Shown here: piece by piece, positions 45,332 through 55,604 of the stretch
Layout of the letters: every line of letters starts with the position of its first letter
How positions within the stretch are numbered: the stretch's first letter is position 1
NCBI GenBank assembly: GCA_963703575.1
Contig: CAVPEU010000008.1
Coordinates: 193,880 to 257,879 of the forward strand
Reading direction: 5' to 3'
Length of the DNA: 64,000 nucleotides
Origin: an uncultured Chloroflexia bacterium
Lineage (GTDB): Bacteria > Chloroflexota > Limnocylindria > Limnocylindrales > CSP1-4
The notes under the pieces: generated by a model
Seen by the model: only the letters and a program-made list of their open reading frames with translations
What the model was told of the DNA's origin: nothing
Database searches by the model: none
Translations under genes and position numbers: made by a program

Positions 45332-46240
45332 CTACGCGTCGAGGAACGCCTCCACGGCTGTGATGAACGCCGCCGGGTGACTGTGGTGGGCCGCGTGCCG
45401 GGCGCCCTCGATGACGACGAGGCGGCCATCGGGCAGCCTGGCGTCGAGCGCCGCCGCGCCCTCGCGGAACGATGCCGGTGACTCCGACCCGACCAGCTGC
45501 AGCACGGGAACCCGGACCCCCGAGAGCGCGGGCAGGGAGATCGCCGGCGCCGCGTCCGCCGCCAGCAGCTCCCGGAGGATCGTGGGCGCGGCGGCCACGC
45601 GGAGCGGCCACACGGGGTCGGTGCGGAACCGGGCGAGGTCCTCGGCGGTCATCCCGGTGGCCTCGGTCATGAACGTGGCGAGCAGCGCCTCGAGCTCGCC
45701 CCGGTCCAGGTTCGCCTGGAGTCGATCGAGGAGGTCGTCGCGCGCGGGAGCACCGGTGCCGCCGTGGACCGGCCCGGCGGGGGCGGACGGCGCGCCCTCG
45801 TACGCCGCCACCCGCCGGACGTTCGGCGTCAGCAGGCTCGTGCCCAGCGCGATCCGGCCGCCCAGCGAGTGCCCGACGACGTCCACCGGGGCGCCGGTCT
45901 CCGCCGCGATCGCGTCCACGACGGCCGCCAGGTCCTCCAGCTCGCGCTCGATCGCGTACGCGGGCCCGTCGCCCGAGTCGCCCCGCCCGCGCCGGTCGAT
46001 CGCATGGAGCGTGTGACGCCGCGCCAGCTCCGGCGCCACCACGCGCCACGTCCGGTGGTCGCCGGTGGTCCCGTGGACCAGCACCAGTGCGGGCCCCGTG
46101 CCCACGGAGAACACGGCGATCCGCGCCTCGTCGCGGGACGCGACGAGGCGCGACGGAACCTCCGGGAAGCGGGCGACCACCGCGCCGTCCCCGGCTACCC
46201 GCGCGGGAGCCCGGCGGCTGCGGCCTCGTCCAGCAGCCAT
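45332..46240 (-). CDS. Alpha/beta-fold hydrolase
   Basis: HGTTGDHRTW oxyanion region and nucleophile elbow GHSLGG. Confidence 0.7.
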   Translation of the reverse strand: MAAGRGRSRRAPARVAGDGAVVARFPEVPSRLVASRDEARIAVFSVGTGPALVLVHGTTGDHRTWRVVAPELARRHTLHAIDRRGRGDSGDGPAYAIERELEDLAAVVDAIAAETGAPVDVVGHSLGGRIALGTSLLTPNVRRVAAYEGAPSAPAGPVHGGTGAPARDDLLDRLQANLDRGELEALLATFMTEATGMTAEDLARFRTDPVWPLRVAAAPTILRELLAADAAPAISLPALSGVRVPVLQLVGSESPASFREGAAALDARLPDGRLVVIEGARHAAHHSHPAAFITAVEAFLDA

Positions 46241-47037
46241 GTCGCGTTGCCGGTGCGCGCCGCCCGCAGCGGCAGCTCCCGGGCGTCCTCACCCGTCCAC
46301 GCCAGCGCGAGGACGTCCGCCTTCGACGCCCCCGTCGACACGACCAGCAGCCGCCGCGCGGCCGCCAGCACCCGCGGGTGCATGGTCACGCGCGGGACGT
46401 GCGGCTCCACGTGGGTCGGGGCGGGGACGCCGGCGCACAGACCCGGGTCGCCCCACACGGCCGAGCCCGGGAACACCGACATGATGTGCCCGTCCGGGCC
46501 GACGCCCAGCACCACCACGTCCAGCACCGGGACACCGGACGCGTCCGGGGCCGGACCCTCCGCGCGCAGCGCCTCCGCGTACCATTCGGCGGCCACGGCC
46601 GGACCGCCGCCGTGCGCGATCGCCGCGGCCGCCGGCACCGGGTGCAGATTCCCGGTGGGCATCCGCACCCCGGCGCCGGCGGCACGGACGTCGGAGCTCG
46701 TGGCCCCGGAGCCGGTTTCATCGCCGCCCGAGTCGAGCAGGATCTGGTTCAACGGCAGCACGTTGGACAGCGGGTGGTCCGCGGGCACGAACCGGTCGTC
46801 GCCCCACCAGACGTGGACCCGCTCCCAGGCGACGGTGTCGCGGAGCGGTGAGACCCGCAGGGCCCGGTAGATCCCCGGGGCAGCTGATCCGCCGGTCGTC
46901 GCCCAGTGCGCGACCCCGCGCTCCGCGATGGCGGCCGCCAGCAGGCGGGCGATCTCCCCGGCGGCGGCGGCGGCCACGGCCTCGGGTGTGTCGAGGACGC
47001 GCAGCTCCGGGAGGGTGGCGCGGGCGAGGGTGGGCAT
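46195..47037 (-). CDS. pgl: 6-phosphogluconolactonase
   Basis: HWATTGGSAAPGIY, WGDDRFVP and LGVGPDGHIMSVFP motifs. Last gene of the zwf-opcA-pgl group. Confidence 0.8.
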   Translation of the reverse strand: MPTLARATLPELRVLDTPEAVAAAAAGEIARLLAAAIAERGVAHWATTGGSAAPGIYRALRVSPLRDTVAWERVHVWWGDDRFVPADHPLSNVLPLNQILLDSGGDETGSGATSSDVRAAGAGVRMPTGNLHPVPAAAAIAHGGGPAVAAEWYAEALRAEGPAPDASGVPVLDVVVLGVGPDGHIMSVFPGSAVWGDPGLCAGVPAPTHVEPHVPRVTMHPRVLAAARRLLVVSTGASKADVLALAWTGEDARELPLRAARTGNATWLLDEAAAAGLPRG

Positions 47038-47127
47038 CTGGGCACCTCACGTGCGAAGGGGGGAGGACAGGCTCAGCCGGGCGGGGCCGGCGCGGACGGG
47101 TGGGCCGGCCCGGACGAGCGGACGGGC

Positions 47128-48426
47128 TCAGCCGGGCGGGTGTTCGTGGCGGGCGGGACCGATGAGCAGGGCGGCCATCCGGGTCGTGTCCACGGCGAGC
47201 TGGTCGTGCCCGCCGACCTCGAGCGCCTCGCCGAGCAGGTCCACGTCGTTACGGCGGGGCGCCCTGAACGTCCGGTCCATCGCCTGGACGCCGTCCAGCC
47301 AGGCGTGGACGTGGACGTTCTCGGCCTCGGCGGTGACGTCCGCGCGGAGCTCCGAGCCGCGCCGTGCGGCGAGGATCTCGACGCGCAACGTGGTCCCGGC
47401 CGGCATCCGGGACCCGAGGGGGCGGATGACGACGGCCACCTCGCCGGAGCCGCCCCGCAGCTTCGCCTGCAGACCGCGGTGCAGCGGGGGGTGCTCCCCG
47501 GGCCGGGGCCGCACCGGAGCGGTCGCGCGGCTCCTCGGCTCCACGGGCGCCAGCGGCGTGGCCACGGACATCCCCAGCCGCGAGGCCAGCCACGCGACGT
47601 GGTACAGCGGCTTGATGACGTTCGTCGTGCCGGGTGCGCCCATCTCGTCGTGGGTGGCGTAGGTGACCGCGATCCGCCGGATGTGCCACAGGAACGGCAG
47701 GAACTCCGGCATGTCGAACACGGCCGCGATCGCCTCCCGCCAGCGCGACTGGCGGACGAGGGCGAAGTCGCGGATCGACAGGCGGTCGAAGCGGTCGCAC
47801 AACGCGGCCAGCTGGCGCAGCCGCTCCAGCCCGTCGCCGGACCACGATGCGCCGTCCACCACCAGGCGGTCCGTCCCGTCCAGCAGCTCGTCCGTCGGCC
47901 CGGACCCGAGCTGGGGCTCGCCCGGCCACCACACCGTCACCGGCAGGTCGTGGATGAGCAGCGGCGCGACCAGCGCGGACAGGTGGCGCCCGGTCTCCCC
48001 GCCGGCGGTCAGGAAGATCATCTCGGTGCAGGTCTCCGGCGCGTCGGCACGCGGGAGCACGCAGTGCGCCTCGATCCGCGCGTCCAGCCAGGGCGGCCCG
48101 TCCGGGTCCGCGGACAGGACGATCAGCGTCCGGCTGGGGTGCCGGCCCGTGAGCCGGCTGATCGTCTCCGCGGTGCGCTCGCCGACCTCGGGCTGGCGCG
48201 CGACGACGACCAGGTTCATCACGCTGGTGCGCGCGGCGATGTGGCGGCCGCCCGGCTTGCCGTCCCCATCGAGCATCAGGTTCGGCTGGGCCCAGATCCG
48301 GGACAGCTCCTTCTCGATGTCCTCGATGCTGTGGGCGCGCGACTGCCAGCGAAGAACGGGCTCGCCCGGCTTCGGCGGCTCCGCCACCGCGACCGGACCC
48401 CCGTTCGCGTTCAGATCCTTCGCCAC
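47128..48426 (-). CDS. opcA: Glucose-6-phosphate dehydrogenase assembly protein OpcA
   Basis: LSRIW...NLMLDGDG...RTSVMNLVV motifs. GTG start overlaps the zwf stop. Confidence 0.75.
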   Translation of the reverse strand: MAKDLNANGGPVAVAEPPKPGEPVLRWQSRAHSIEDIEKELSRIWAQPNLMLDGDGKPGGRHIAARTSVMNLVVVARQPEVGERTAETISRLTGRHPSRTLIVLSADPDGPPWLDARIEAHCVLPRADAPETCTEMIFLTAGGETGRHLSALVAPLLIHDLPVTVWWPGEPQLGSGPTDELLDGTDRLVVDGASWSGDGLERLRQLAALCDRFDRLSIRDFALVRQSRWREAIAAVFDMPEFLPFLWHIRRIAVTYATHDEMGAPGTTNVIKPLYHVAWLASRLGMSVATPLAPVEPRSRATAPVRPRPGEHPPLHRGLQAKLRGGSGEVAVVIRPLGSRMPAGTTLRVEILAARRGSELRADVTAEAENVHVHAWLDGVQAMDRTFRAPRRNDVDLLGEALEVGGHDQLAVDTTRMAALLIGPARHEHPPG

Positions 48427-50150
48427 CGGCGACCCTCGCGGGCGAGCAGGTCGTCCGCCGCCTCCGGGCCCCAGGTGCCCGCCTCGTAGCTCGGAAAGCC
48501 CGGTGACGGCATCTCCGCCCAGGTGTCGATGATGGGGTCCACGATCGACCACGCCTGCTCGACCTCGTCGGCGCGCGTGAACAGCGACGCGTCGCCCAGC
48601 AGCGCGTCGAGGATCAGCGTCTCGTAGGCGTCCGGGCTGTCGGTCTGGAACGCGGAGCCGTAGGTGAAGTCCATGGTCACGTTCCGGACGTCGATGCCGA
48701 GCCCCGGGACCTTGGCCCCGAAGCGGAGCATGATCCCCTCGTCCGGCTGGATCCGGATCGCCAGCAGGTTGGCCTCGGGCTCCGCCCCGCTGTCCTTGAA
48801 CAGCTGGTGCGGGACCTCCTTGAACTGGATCGCGATCTCGGTCGCCCGCTTGGGCAGCCGCTTGCCCATCCGCAGGTAGAACGGGACGCCGGACCACCGC
48901 CAGTCGTCCACCGTGAGTCGAGCCGCGATGAACGTCTCGGTCTCGGACTGCGCGTCGACCGCCGGCTCCTGGCGGTAGCCGACGACCGGCTTGGCGGCCA
49001 CCCAGCCGGGCCCGTACTGGCCCCGGACCACGTCCCGGCGGACCTGCTCCGGGCTCAGCTCGGTGATGGCGCGGATGACCTTGACCTTCTCGTCCCGCAG
49101 CGCGTCGGCCTCGAACGTCGCCGGTGGCTCCATCGCGACCAGGCTGAGCAGCTGGAGCAGGTGGTTCTGGAGGAAGTCGCGCGAGGCGCCGGTCTCCTCG
49201 TAGAACGCGCCGCGGTCCTCGATCCCGATCGACTCGGCCACGGTGATCTGCACGTGGTCGATGTGGCGGCGGTTCCAGATGGGCTCGAAGATGCCGTTGC
49301 CGAACCGGAACACGAGGAGGTTCCGGACGGTCTCCTTGCCCAGGTAATGGTCGATGCGGTAGACCTGCCGCTCCCGGAAGACCTTGCCGACCTCCCGGTT
49401 GAGCCGGATCGCGGAGTCCAGGTCGTGGCCGAACGGCTTCTCGATGACGACCCGCCGCCAGCCGCCGTCGTGGCGCTCGTGGTCCAGCCCGACCCGCCCG
49501 AGCTGCGCCACGATCTCCGCGAACTGCGACGGATGGGTGGCGAGGTAGTAGATCCGGTTGCCGCGCGTGCCGCGCTCCTGGTCCAGCCCGTCGAGGCGCT
49601 CCACGAGGGCGGCGTAGGTGGCCGGGTCGCCGAAGTCGCCGCGGTGGTAGACGATCCGCCCGGCGAGGTCGTCCCACTCCTCGCGATCCACCGGCAGGAC
49701 CCGCGAGTACTTGTCCAGGGACGCCTTCAGCTCCTCGCGGAAGGCATCGTCCGTGTATGGGCGCCGGCCGATGGCGACGATCATGAACTCGTGGGGCAGG
49801 AGGCGGGTCCGCCACAGCTGGTAGAGCGCGGGGATCACCTTCCGATGGGCCAGGTCGCCGGTGGCGCCGAACAGCACGAAGGCGGCCGGGTCCGGGACGC
49901 GCTCCAGGCGGAGGCCCTCCCGGAGCGGGTTGTCGCTGGGCTTCGCCGGGGCCGAGCGCCGGCGGGATTCCGCGGCCAGCCGGAGGTCGCGCATCGTGCG
50001 CGGCGCGTCCTTCCTCGCGGGCGCGTCGGCGGGCGCGGCAGGGGCCGTCCCGAGCGCGGCCGACACCAGAGGCGCAGCAGCCGCGGGAGGCGAGGCGGAC
50101 GCCGGGGGCGCCTTGGCCGCCGCGCTCGCGGCGCCGGAACGCGGAGCCAT
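48411..50150 (-). CDS. zwf: Glucose-6-phosphate 1-dehydrogenase with Ala/Pro-rich N-terminal extension
   Basis: FGATGDLAHRKV, EKPFGHDLDSA, RIDHYLGKE and VQNHLLQLLSLVAMEPP motifs. Start taken at MAPRSG because the gnd stop (TAG) is followed 2 nt later by this ATG; alternative start MRDLRL at 49994. Confidence 0.85.
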   Translation of the reverse strand: MAPRSGAASAAAKAPPASASPPAAAAPLVSAALGTAPAAPADAPARKDAPRTMRDLRLAAESRRRSAPAKPSDNPLREGLRLERVPDPAAFVLFGATGDLAHRKVIPALYQLWRTRLLPHEFMIVAIGRRPYTDDAFREELKASLDKYSRVLPVDREEWDDLAGRIVYHRGDFGDPATYAALVERLDGLDQERGTRGNRIYYLATHPSQFAEIVAQLGRVGLDHERHDGGWRRVVIEKPFGHDLDSAIRLNREVGKVFRERQVYRIDHYLGKETVRNLLVFRFGNGIFEPIWNRRHIDHVQITVAESIGIEDRGAFYEETGASRDFLQNHLLQLLSLVAMEPPATFEADALRDEKVKVIRAITELSPEQVRRDVVRGQYGPGWVAAKPVVGYRQEPAVDAQSETETFIAARLTVDDWRWSGVPFYLRMGKRLPKRATEIAIQFKEVPHQLFKDSGAEPEANLLAIRIQPDEGIMLRFGAKVPGLGIDVRNVTMDFTYGSAFQTDSPDAYETLILDALLGDASLFTRADEVEQAWSIVDPIIDTWAEMPSPGFPSYEAGTWGPEAADDLLAREGRRWRRI

Positions 50151-50152
50151 GC

Positions 50153-51052
50153 CTATTCCGTCTTCACGGCGTGGCCGCCGAACTCGTTGCGCAGCGCGGC
50201 CAGCACCTTGGCGCCGTAGGACTCGTCCTGCCGGGAGCGGAGCCGGTTGAGCAGTGACAGCGTGATCACGGGCGCCGGGACATCCCGGTCGATCGCCTCC
50301 TGGACCGTCCAGCGACCCTCGCCGGAGTCCGCGACCCAGCCCTTGAGGTGCTCGAGGTCGTTGCCCTGTGATTCGAACGCCCGGACGGCCAGCTCCAGCA
50401 GCCAGGAGCGAACGACCGACCCGTGGTTCCACATCTCGCCGATGCCGCGGAGATCCAGGTCGTAGTCGCTGGCGTGCATGATCTCGAAGCCTTCGGCGTA
50501 GGCCTGCATCAGCCCGTACTCGATGCCGTTGTGGACCATCTTCACGTAGTGACCGGCGCCCGGTCCGCCCACGTGGAGATATCCCCCCTCCGGCGCGAGC
50601 GACAGGAAGACCGGCTCCAGCGGCTTCACGACCCCGGGTTCGCCACCGACCATCAGGCAGTACCCGACCTGGAGGCCCCAGATCCCGCCCGACGTGCCGG
50701 CGTCCACGTAGTTGATGCCCTTCGCCTGGAGCGCGGCATGCCGCCGGACGTCGTCGTGGAAGTTCGTGTTGCCGCCGTCGATGATCGTGTCGCCGGGCTC
50801 CAGGTGCTCCAGCAGCTCGTCGATCTGTGCCTCGGTCGCGTCGCCGGCCGGGACCATGACCCACACCGCGCGCGGCTTGGCGAGTTTCGCGACCAGCTCC
50901 TCGATCGAGAAGGCCGCCTCGGCGCCCTCGCCGGCGATCTCCTTCGTCTTCTCGGGGGTCCGGTTGTACGCGACGATCTCGTGACCGTCGCGGAGCAGGC
51001 GGCGAACCATGTTCGCGCCCATCCGGCCGAGTCCGATGAATCCGATGCGCAT
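50153..51052 (-). CDS. gnd: 6-phosphogluconate dehydrogenase (decarboxylating), short-chain (about 300 aa) form
   Basis: MRIGFIGLGRMGANM Rossmann start, preceded by a GGAGGGG Shine-Dalgarno. Confidence 0.8.
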   Translation of the reverse strand: MRIGFIGLGRMGANMVRRLLRDGHEIVAYNRTPEKTKEIAGEGAEAAFSIEELVAKLAKPRAVWVMVPAGDATEAQIDELLEHLEPGDTIIDGGNTNFHDDVRRHAALQAKGINYVDAGTSGGIWGLQVGYCLMVGGEPGVVKPLEPVFLSLAPEGGYLHVGGPGAGHYVKMVHNGIEYGLMQAYAEGFEIMHASDYDLDLRGIGEMWNHGSVVRSWLLELAVRAFESQGNDLEHLKGWVADSGEGRWTVQEAIDRDVPAPVITLSLLNRLRSRQDESYGAKVLAALRNEFGGHAVKTE

Positions 51053-51156
51053 GGAGCCCCTCCGTTGGGCTGGCGGGTCCAGGTCTGGTGGCTGCACCCT
51101 GGTGGCGGCAAGAGGATAGGCCCGGACGCCCGTCGGGTGCCGTCGACGCCGTCCGG

Positions 51157-51627
51157 TCAGCGGCCGCCCATGGACTCGGCCTCGATCGCGAGGACCTTGC
51201 CGAGGCGGCGGACGTGGCGCGGTTCGCCCGAGAACGTGGCGGCGAGGAACGCCAGCGAGCACTCGACCGCAGGCTCCACGCCGATGACCCGGGCGCCCAT
51301 CACGAGCACGTTCATGTCGTCATGCTCCACGCCCTGGTGGGCCGAGTACGTGTCGTGGCAGATCGCCGCGCGGATGCCCCGCACCTTGTTGGCCGCGATG
51401 GAGGCGCCCACGCCGGACCCGCAGACGAGGATGCCGCGGTCGGCGCGGCCGTCGCGGACGGCCTGAGCCAGCGCCAGGGCGAAGTCCGGGTAGTCGTCCT
51501 GCGGGTCGGAGCCGTCGCCGCCCAGGTCGACGAGGTCGTGCTCGCCGCCCAGCCCGGCGGCCAGCTTCGCGATCAGCTCCCCCTTGAAGGCAGCCCCGGC
51601 GTGGTCGGCGGCGAAGGCGACTCGCAT
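51157..51627 (-). CDS. rpiB: Ribose-5-phosphate isomerase B
   Basis: [18 protein letters not shown]...CHD...HDDMNVL...GARVIG. Confidence 0.85.
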   Translation of the reverse strand: MRVAFAADHAGAAFKGELIAKLAAGLGGEHDLVDLGGDGSDPQDDYPDFALALAQAVRDGRADRGILVCGSGVGASIAANKVRGIRAAICHDTYSAHQGVEHDDMNVLVMGARVIGVEPAVECSLAFLAATFSGEPRHVRRLGKVLAIEAESMGGR

Positions 51628-51647
51628 CGTGTGCTCCTCGAGCGCGC

Positions 51648-53726
51648 TCAGTGCGCGCCGTGGGCGGGCAGGGTCGCGCCCACCCGGCCGTGGAGGCCGT
51701 CATGGACCACGCGGCGGGCAATGTCCGTGACGTTGTCGACGGTGAAGCCGAACGCCTCGAAGATCGTGCCGGCCGGGGCGCTGGCCCCGAACCGGTCCAG
51801 GCCCAGGATCGCGCCCTCGTCGCCCGCCCAGCGCTCCCAGCCCAGGGACACGCCGGCCTCGACCGTGACCCGCCTGCGCACGGACGGCGGCAGCACGGCG
51901 TCGCGGTAGGCCTGGTCCTGGGCCTCGAAGCGCTCCCAGCAGGGCAGGCTCACGACGCGGGTCGGGATCCCGTCCGCCTCCAGGCGCTCCGCCGCCGCCG
52001 CGCACAGCTGCAGCTCCGAGCCCGTCCCGATGAGGATCAGCGCCGGCGCCCCACCCGCGGCCTCGCGCAGCACGTAGCCGCCGCGCCGCACGCCCTCGCG
52101 AGCGCCTTCCTTCGTGCCGGGGAGCGTGGGCAGCTTCTGGCGCGTGAACGCGAGCGCCACCGGGCCCGACCCGGCACCCTCGATCGTCGGGCGCTCCACG
52201 GCCAGCGCCCACGCCGCCGCGGCCTCGTTCGCGTCGCCGGGCCGGACGAACCAGAGGTTGGGGATCGCCCGCAGGGCCGCGTAATGCTCGACGGGCTGGT
52301 GGGTCGGGCCGTCCTCGCCCAGGCCCACGGAGTCGTGCGTCCAGACGTACGTCACGTGGAGATCGGACAGCGCGGCGAGCCGGACGGAGCCGCGCATGTA
52401 GTCGCTGAACGTCAGGAAGGTGGCTCCGTACGGCAGGAATCCGCCGTGGCAGGCGATCCCGTTGACGATCCCGCCCATGCCGTGCTCGCGGACGCCGAAC
52501 CGCAGGTTGCGACCGGGGTGATCGGCGCCGAAGTGGTCGTGCCCGTTGACCTTGACGTCCGTCAGGTTGGACTCGGACAGGTCCGCCGAGCCGCCGAACA
52601 GCTCGGGGAGTGCCGCGGCCAGGGCCTGGATCGCGTCCTGGCTCGCGTTCCGGGTGGCGACCTCGGTGCCGGTCTCCCAGGCGGGGAGCCCCGCGTCCCA
52701 GCCGGCCGGGAGCGTGCCCGCGACGCGGCGCTGAAGCTCGGCGGCCTCGGCCGGGAAGGCGGCGGCATAGCGGTCCAGGCGGGCGTCCCACTCCGCGACG
52801 AGGTCCCTGCCGGCGCCCACGGCCCGCCGGAACAGCTCAGCCGCCTCCTCGGGCACGAAGAAGATCCTGTCCGGGTCCCAGCCGTAGGCCTCCTTGGTCA
52901 GCCGGACCTCGTCCGGGCCGAGCGGCGCCCCGTGGGCCTTCTGCGTGTCCTGCTTGTTCGGGCTGCCGAAGCCGATGTGGGTCCGGACCGCGATGATCGA
53001 CGGGCGATCATCCGCCTGCGCGTTCTCGATGGCGGCGGAGATGGCGGCGAGGTCGTTGCCGTCCTCGACCCGCTGCGTGTGCCAGCCGTAGGCGTCGAAG
53101 CGCGAGAGGACGTCCTCGCTGAACGCCCAGGCGGTGGGCCCGTCCAGCTGGATCCGGTTGTCGTCGTACAGCGCGATGAGCTTGCCCAGCTCCAGGTGCC
53201 CGGCCAGCGAGCACGCCTCGGACGCGACGCCCTCCTGGAGGTCGCCGTCGGAGCAGATGACGTACGTCCGATGGTCGATGACGTCGTGGCCCGGGCGGTT
53301 GAACTCCGCGGCGAGGCGGCGCTCGGCAATGGCCATGCCGACGGCATTGGCCAGGCCCTGGCCCAGCGGACCCGTGGTCGCCTCGACGCCCGGCGTGAGG
53401 CCGCGCTCCGGGTGGCCCGGGGTGATCGAGCCCCACTGGCGGAACGACTTGAGGTCGTCCAGCGAGACGGCGTACCCGGTGAGGTGGAGCAGCGAGTAGA
53501 GGAGCATCGACGCGTGGCCTGCGGACAGCACGAAGCGGTCGCGATCCGGCCACGCCGGCTGGGTCGGGGAATGGCGCAGGTGGCGGGTCCACAGCGCGTA
53601 CGCCATCGGGGCCATGCCCATCGGCGCCCCGGGGTGCCCGGAGTTCGCCTGCTGGACGCCGTCGATCGCGAGGGTGCGGATGGTGTCGACGGCAAGCTGA
53701 TCGAGGCGGTCCGTGGCGAGGGTCAT
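51648..53726 (-). CDS. tkt: Transketolase
   Basis: TPP-binding GHPG region, GDGDLQEG, and the pyrimidine-binding and C-terminal domains. Start taken at [13 protein letters not shown]; the longer ORF upstream runs through an intergenic tandem repeat and is not real. Confidence 0.85.
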   Translation of the reverse strand: MTLATDRLDQLAVDTIRTLAIDGVQQANSGHPGAPMGMAPMAYALWTRHLRHSPTQPAWPDRDRFVLSAGHASMLLYSLLHLTGYAVSLDDLKSFRQWGSITPGHPERGLTPGVEATTGPLGQGLANAVGMAIAERRLAAEFNRPGHDVIDHRTYVICSDGDLQEGVASEACSLAGHLELGKLIALYDDNRIQLDGPTAWAFSEDVLSRFDAYGWHTQRVEDGNDLAAISAAIENAQADDRPSIIAVRTHIGFGSPNKQDTQKAHGAPLGPDEVRLTKEAYGWDPDRIFFVPEEAAELFRRAVGAGRDLVAEWDARLDRYAAAFPAEAAELQRRVAGTLPAGWDAGLPAWETGTEVATRNASQDAIQALAAALPELFGGSADLSESNLTDVKVNGHDHFGADHPGRNLRFGVREHGMGGIVNGIACHGGFLPYGATFLTFSDYMRGSVRLAALSDLHVTYVWTHDSVGLGEDGPTHQPVEHYAALRAIPNLWFVRPGDANEAAAAWALAVERPTIEGAGSGPVALAFTRQKLPTLPGTKEGAREGVRRGGYVLREAAGGAPALILIGTGSELQLCAAAAERLEADGIPTRVVSLPCWERFEAQDQAYRDAVLPPSVRRRVTVEAGVSLGWERWAGDEGAILGLDRFGASAPAGTIFEAFGFTVDNVTDIARRVVHDGLHGRVGATLPAHGAH

Positions 53727-53842
53727 GGGTGTCTCCGAGTGCGCGGGACGGGGGTTGTGCCGCCCGGTCATCGTACCCCGCGTGGCTCGATCCCCCGACC
53801 TCCGGCGCCCCGCGCCTCGCAGCCGCGGGCGCCCGGCGCCGC

Positions 53843-54110
53843 GCACCCGCCGACGCCTCGCCCCGCCTCGCACCCGCCGACGCCTCGCCCCGCCTCGCAC
53901 CCGACGACGCCTCGCCCCGCCTCGCACCCGCCGGCCCCTCGCCCCGCCTCGCACCCGCCGGCCCCTCGCCCCGCCTCGCACCCGCCGGCCCCTCGCCCCG
54001 CCTCGCACCCGCCGGCCCCTCGCCCCGCCTCGCACCCGCCGGCCCCTCGCCCCGCCTCGCACCCGCCGGCCCCTCGCCCCGCCTCGCACCCGCCGGCGCC
54101 TCCCGACGCG
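53843..54110. repeat. Tandem repeat, 27 bp x about 10 (cgcacccgccg[g/a]c[c/g]cctcgccccgcct), intergenic
   Basis: Direct reading; lies between the tkt start (minus strand) and the PfkB kinase gene (plus strand). Confidence 0.9.
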
Positions 54111-54418
54111 CCGGCCAGGCTGCCGGCGCGTCGGCTCACCCGCTGAGCGTCCCGATGAAGAACCCATCGTCGCGCCCACCTGACGAGCAGGACCATGAAG
54201 TTCGGCCCGCAACTCCATGGATCCGCTCCGTTGACGAGCGGACATCGCCGCATCTCCATCCATGCGCTCGTCAGGCGAGCGCAGCGACGCCCGGTCAGGC
54301 GAGCGCAGCGACGCCCGGTCAGGCGATCGCAGCGACGCCCCGGTCAGGCGATCGCAGCGACGCCCGGTCGGCGGGCTATCCTCGGTCCGTGGCCAAGTCT
54401 GCGCAACCGCCGCACGTC

Positions 54419-55321
54419 GTGGTCCTGGGCGACCTCGTCCTCGACGTCGTCCTGGCGCCCGCACGCCCGCTCGAGCGGGACACGGACGTGCCGGGCCGGG
54501 CGCTCCTCCGCCAGGGCGGATCGGCCGCGTCGACCGCTCGCTGGCTCGGGCGCCTCGGCGCGCGGACGACGTTCATCTGCGCCGTCGGGCGCGACGCGCC
54601 GGGCCGCGCGCTCGTCGCGGCCGTCGAGGGCGACGGCGTCAAGGTCCGCGCCCACCGTATCGCTGGCGCGCGGACGGGGCGGATCGGCGTGCTCGTGGAG
54701 CCGGGCGGGGAGCGCTCCTTCGTCGCCGACCGTGCCGCCGCCGACCGCCTGCGCCCGGAGGACCTGGACCCGGCATGGTTCGCCGGCGCAGACGCCCTCC
54801 ACCTGCCGGCCTACTCGCTGCTCGGCAAGCCCCTCGGCGATGCCGGCCTTGCGGCCGCCCGGCTTGCGCACGCGGCCGGCGCGCTCGTGACCGTGGACCT
54901 CGCCTCGGTCGGGCCACTGCTCGTGGGCGGCCGGCGCGCCGCACGCGCCCTCGTTCGCGGAGCCGCGCCGGACCTCGTCTTCGCCACCGCCGCGGAGGCC
55001 GAGGCCGTCGTGGGTCCGCGCCCCGACGCCCTCCTCGATCTCGCCCCGATCGCCGTCGTCAAGCGCGGCCGCAAAGGCGCCACGATCCTCGCGCGCGTCG
55101 GATCGGAGGTGCTCCGCCTCGAGGTCGCGACGACTCCGGTTGCCGCCATCGACACGACCGGGGCGGGTGACGCGTTCGATGCCGGCTTCCTGTTCGCCTG
55201 GCTTGCCGCGCGCGGCCGTGGCCTGTCCCACCCGGCGGCCCTCCGCCGCGGAGCCGACGCGGCCAACCGCACGGCACTGCGCCACCTGTCCAACCCGCCC
55301 GGCGAGCTCAGCCTGGGATGA
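54419..55321 (+). CDS. PfkB-family carbohydrate/nucleoside kinase (ribokinase-like; possibly pseudouridine kinase)
   Basis: N-terminal [12 protein letters not shown] and C-terminal DTTGAGDAF anion-hole motif. GTG start approximate. Confidence 0.7.
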   Translation: MVLGDLVLDVVLAPARPLERDTDVPGRALLRQGGSAASTARWLGRLGARTTFICAVGRDAPGRALVAAVEGDGVKVRAHRIAGARTGRIGVLVEPGGERSFVADRAAADRLRPEDLDPAWFAGADALHLPAYSLLGKPLGDAGLAAARLAHAAGALVTVDLASVGPLLVGGRRAARALVRGAAPDLVFATAAEAEAVVGPRPDALLDLAPIAVVKRGRKGATILARVGSEVLRLEVATTPVAAIDTTGAGDAFDAGFLFAWLAARGRGLSHPAALRRGADAANRTALRHLSNPPGELSLG

Positions 55322-55604
55322 GGTGAGGTCCCGGGGCGCGACCCTGCGCCTCCGCGCCCCGACGAACGGTCCCGCCCCGACGAACGGTCCCGCCCTGACC
55401 CTTGAGTCACGTGTGGTTCAGATCGGCCAACCCGGTGCGTGGCCCGGGCACCGAACCCCCTCCTGGACGGCCGAGCCGTGCAGCCGCATCCCGGATCTGA
55501 ACCACTGGTGCATCAGCACGACACCCGCGAGCGTGGCCTGATCCGCCCATGCATCAAGCGGCCCGCAGACCCGCCCGCGAACCGCGCGAAACCACCGTGC
55601 GCGG

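Noticed and set aside
53843-54110. 27-bp x 10 repeat array considered as a CRISPR
   Set aside because: Units are contiguous with no spacers, there are no cas genes, and repeats are not interspaced. It is a minisatellite, not a CRISPR.
53713-54464. N-terminal 246-codon extension of the tkt ORF, and the plus-strand ORF 53729..55321 spanning the 27-bp repeat
   Set aside because: Both frames simply translate the tandem repeat ((RRVRGGARG)n and (PSPRLAPAG)n). Real tkt starts at MTLATD, and the kinase at about 54419.
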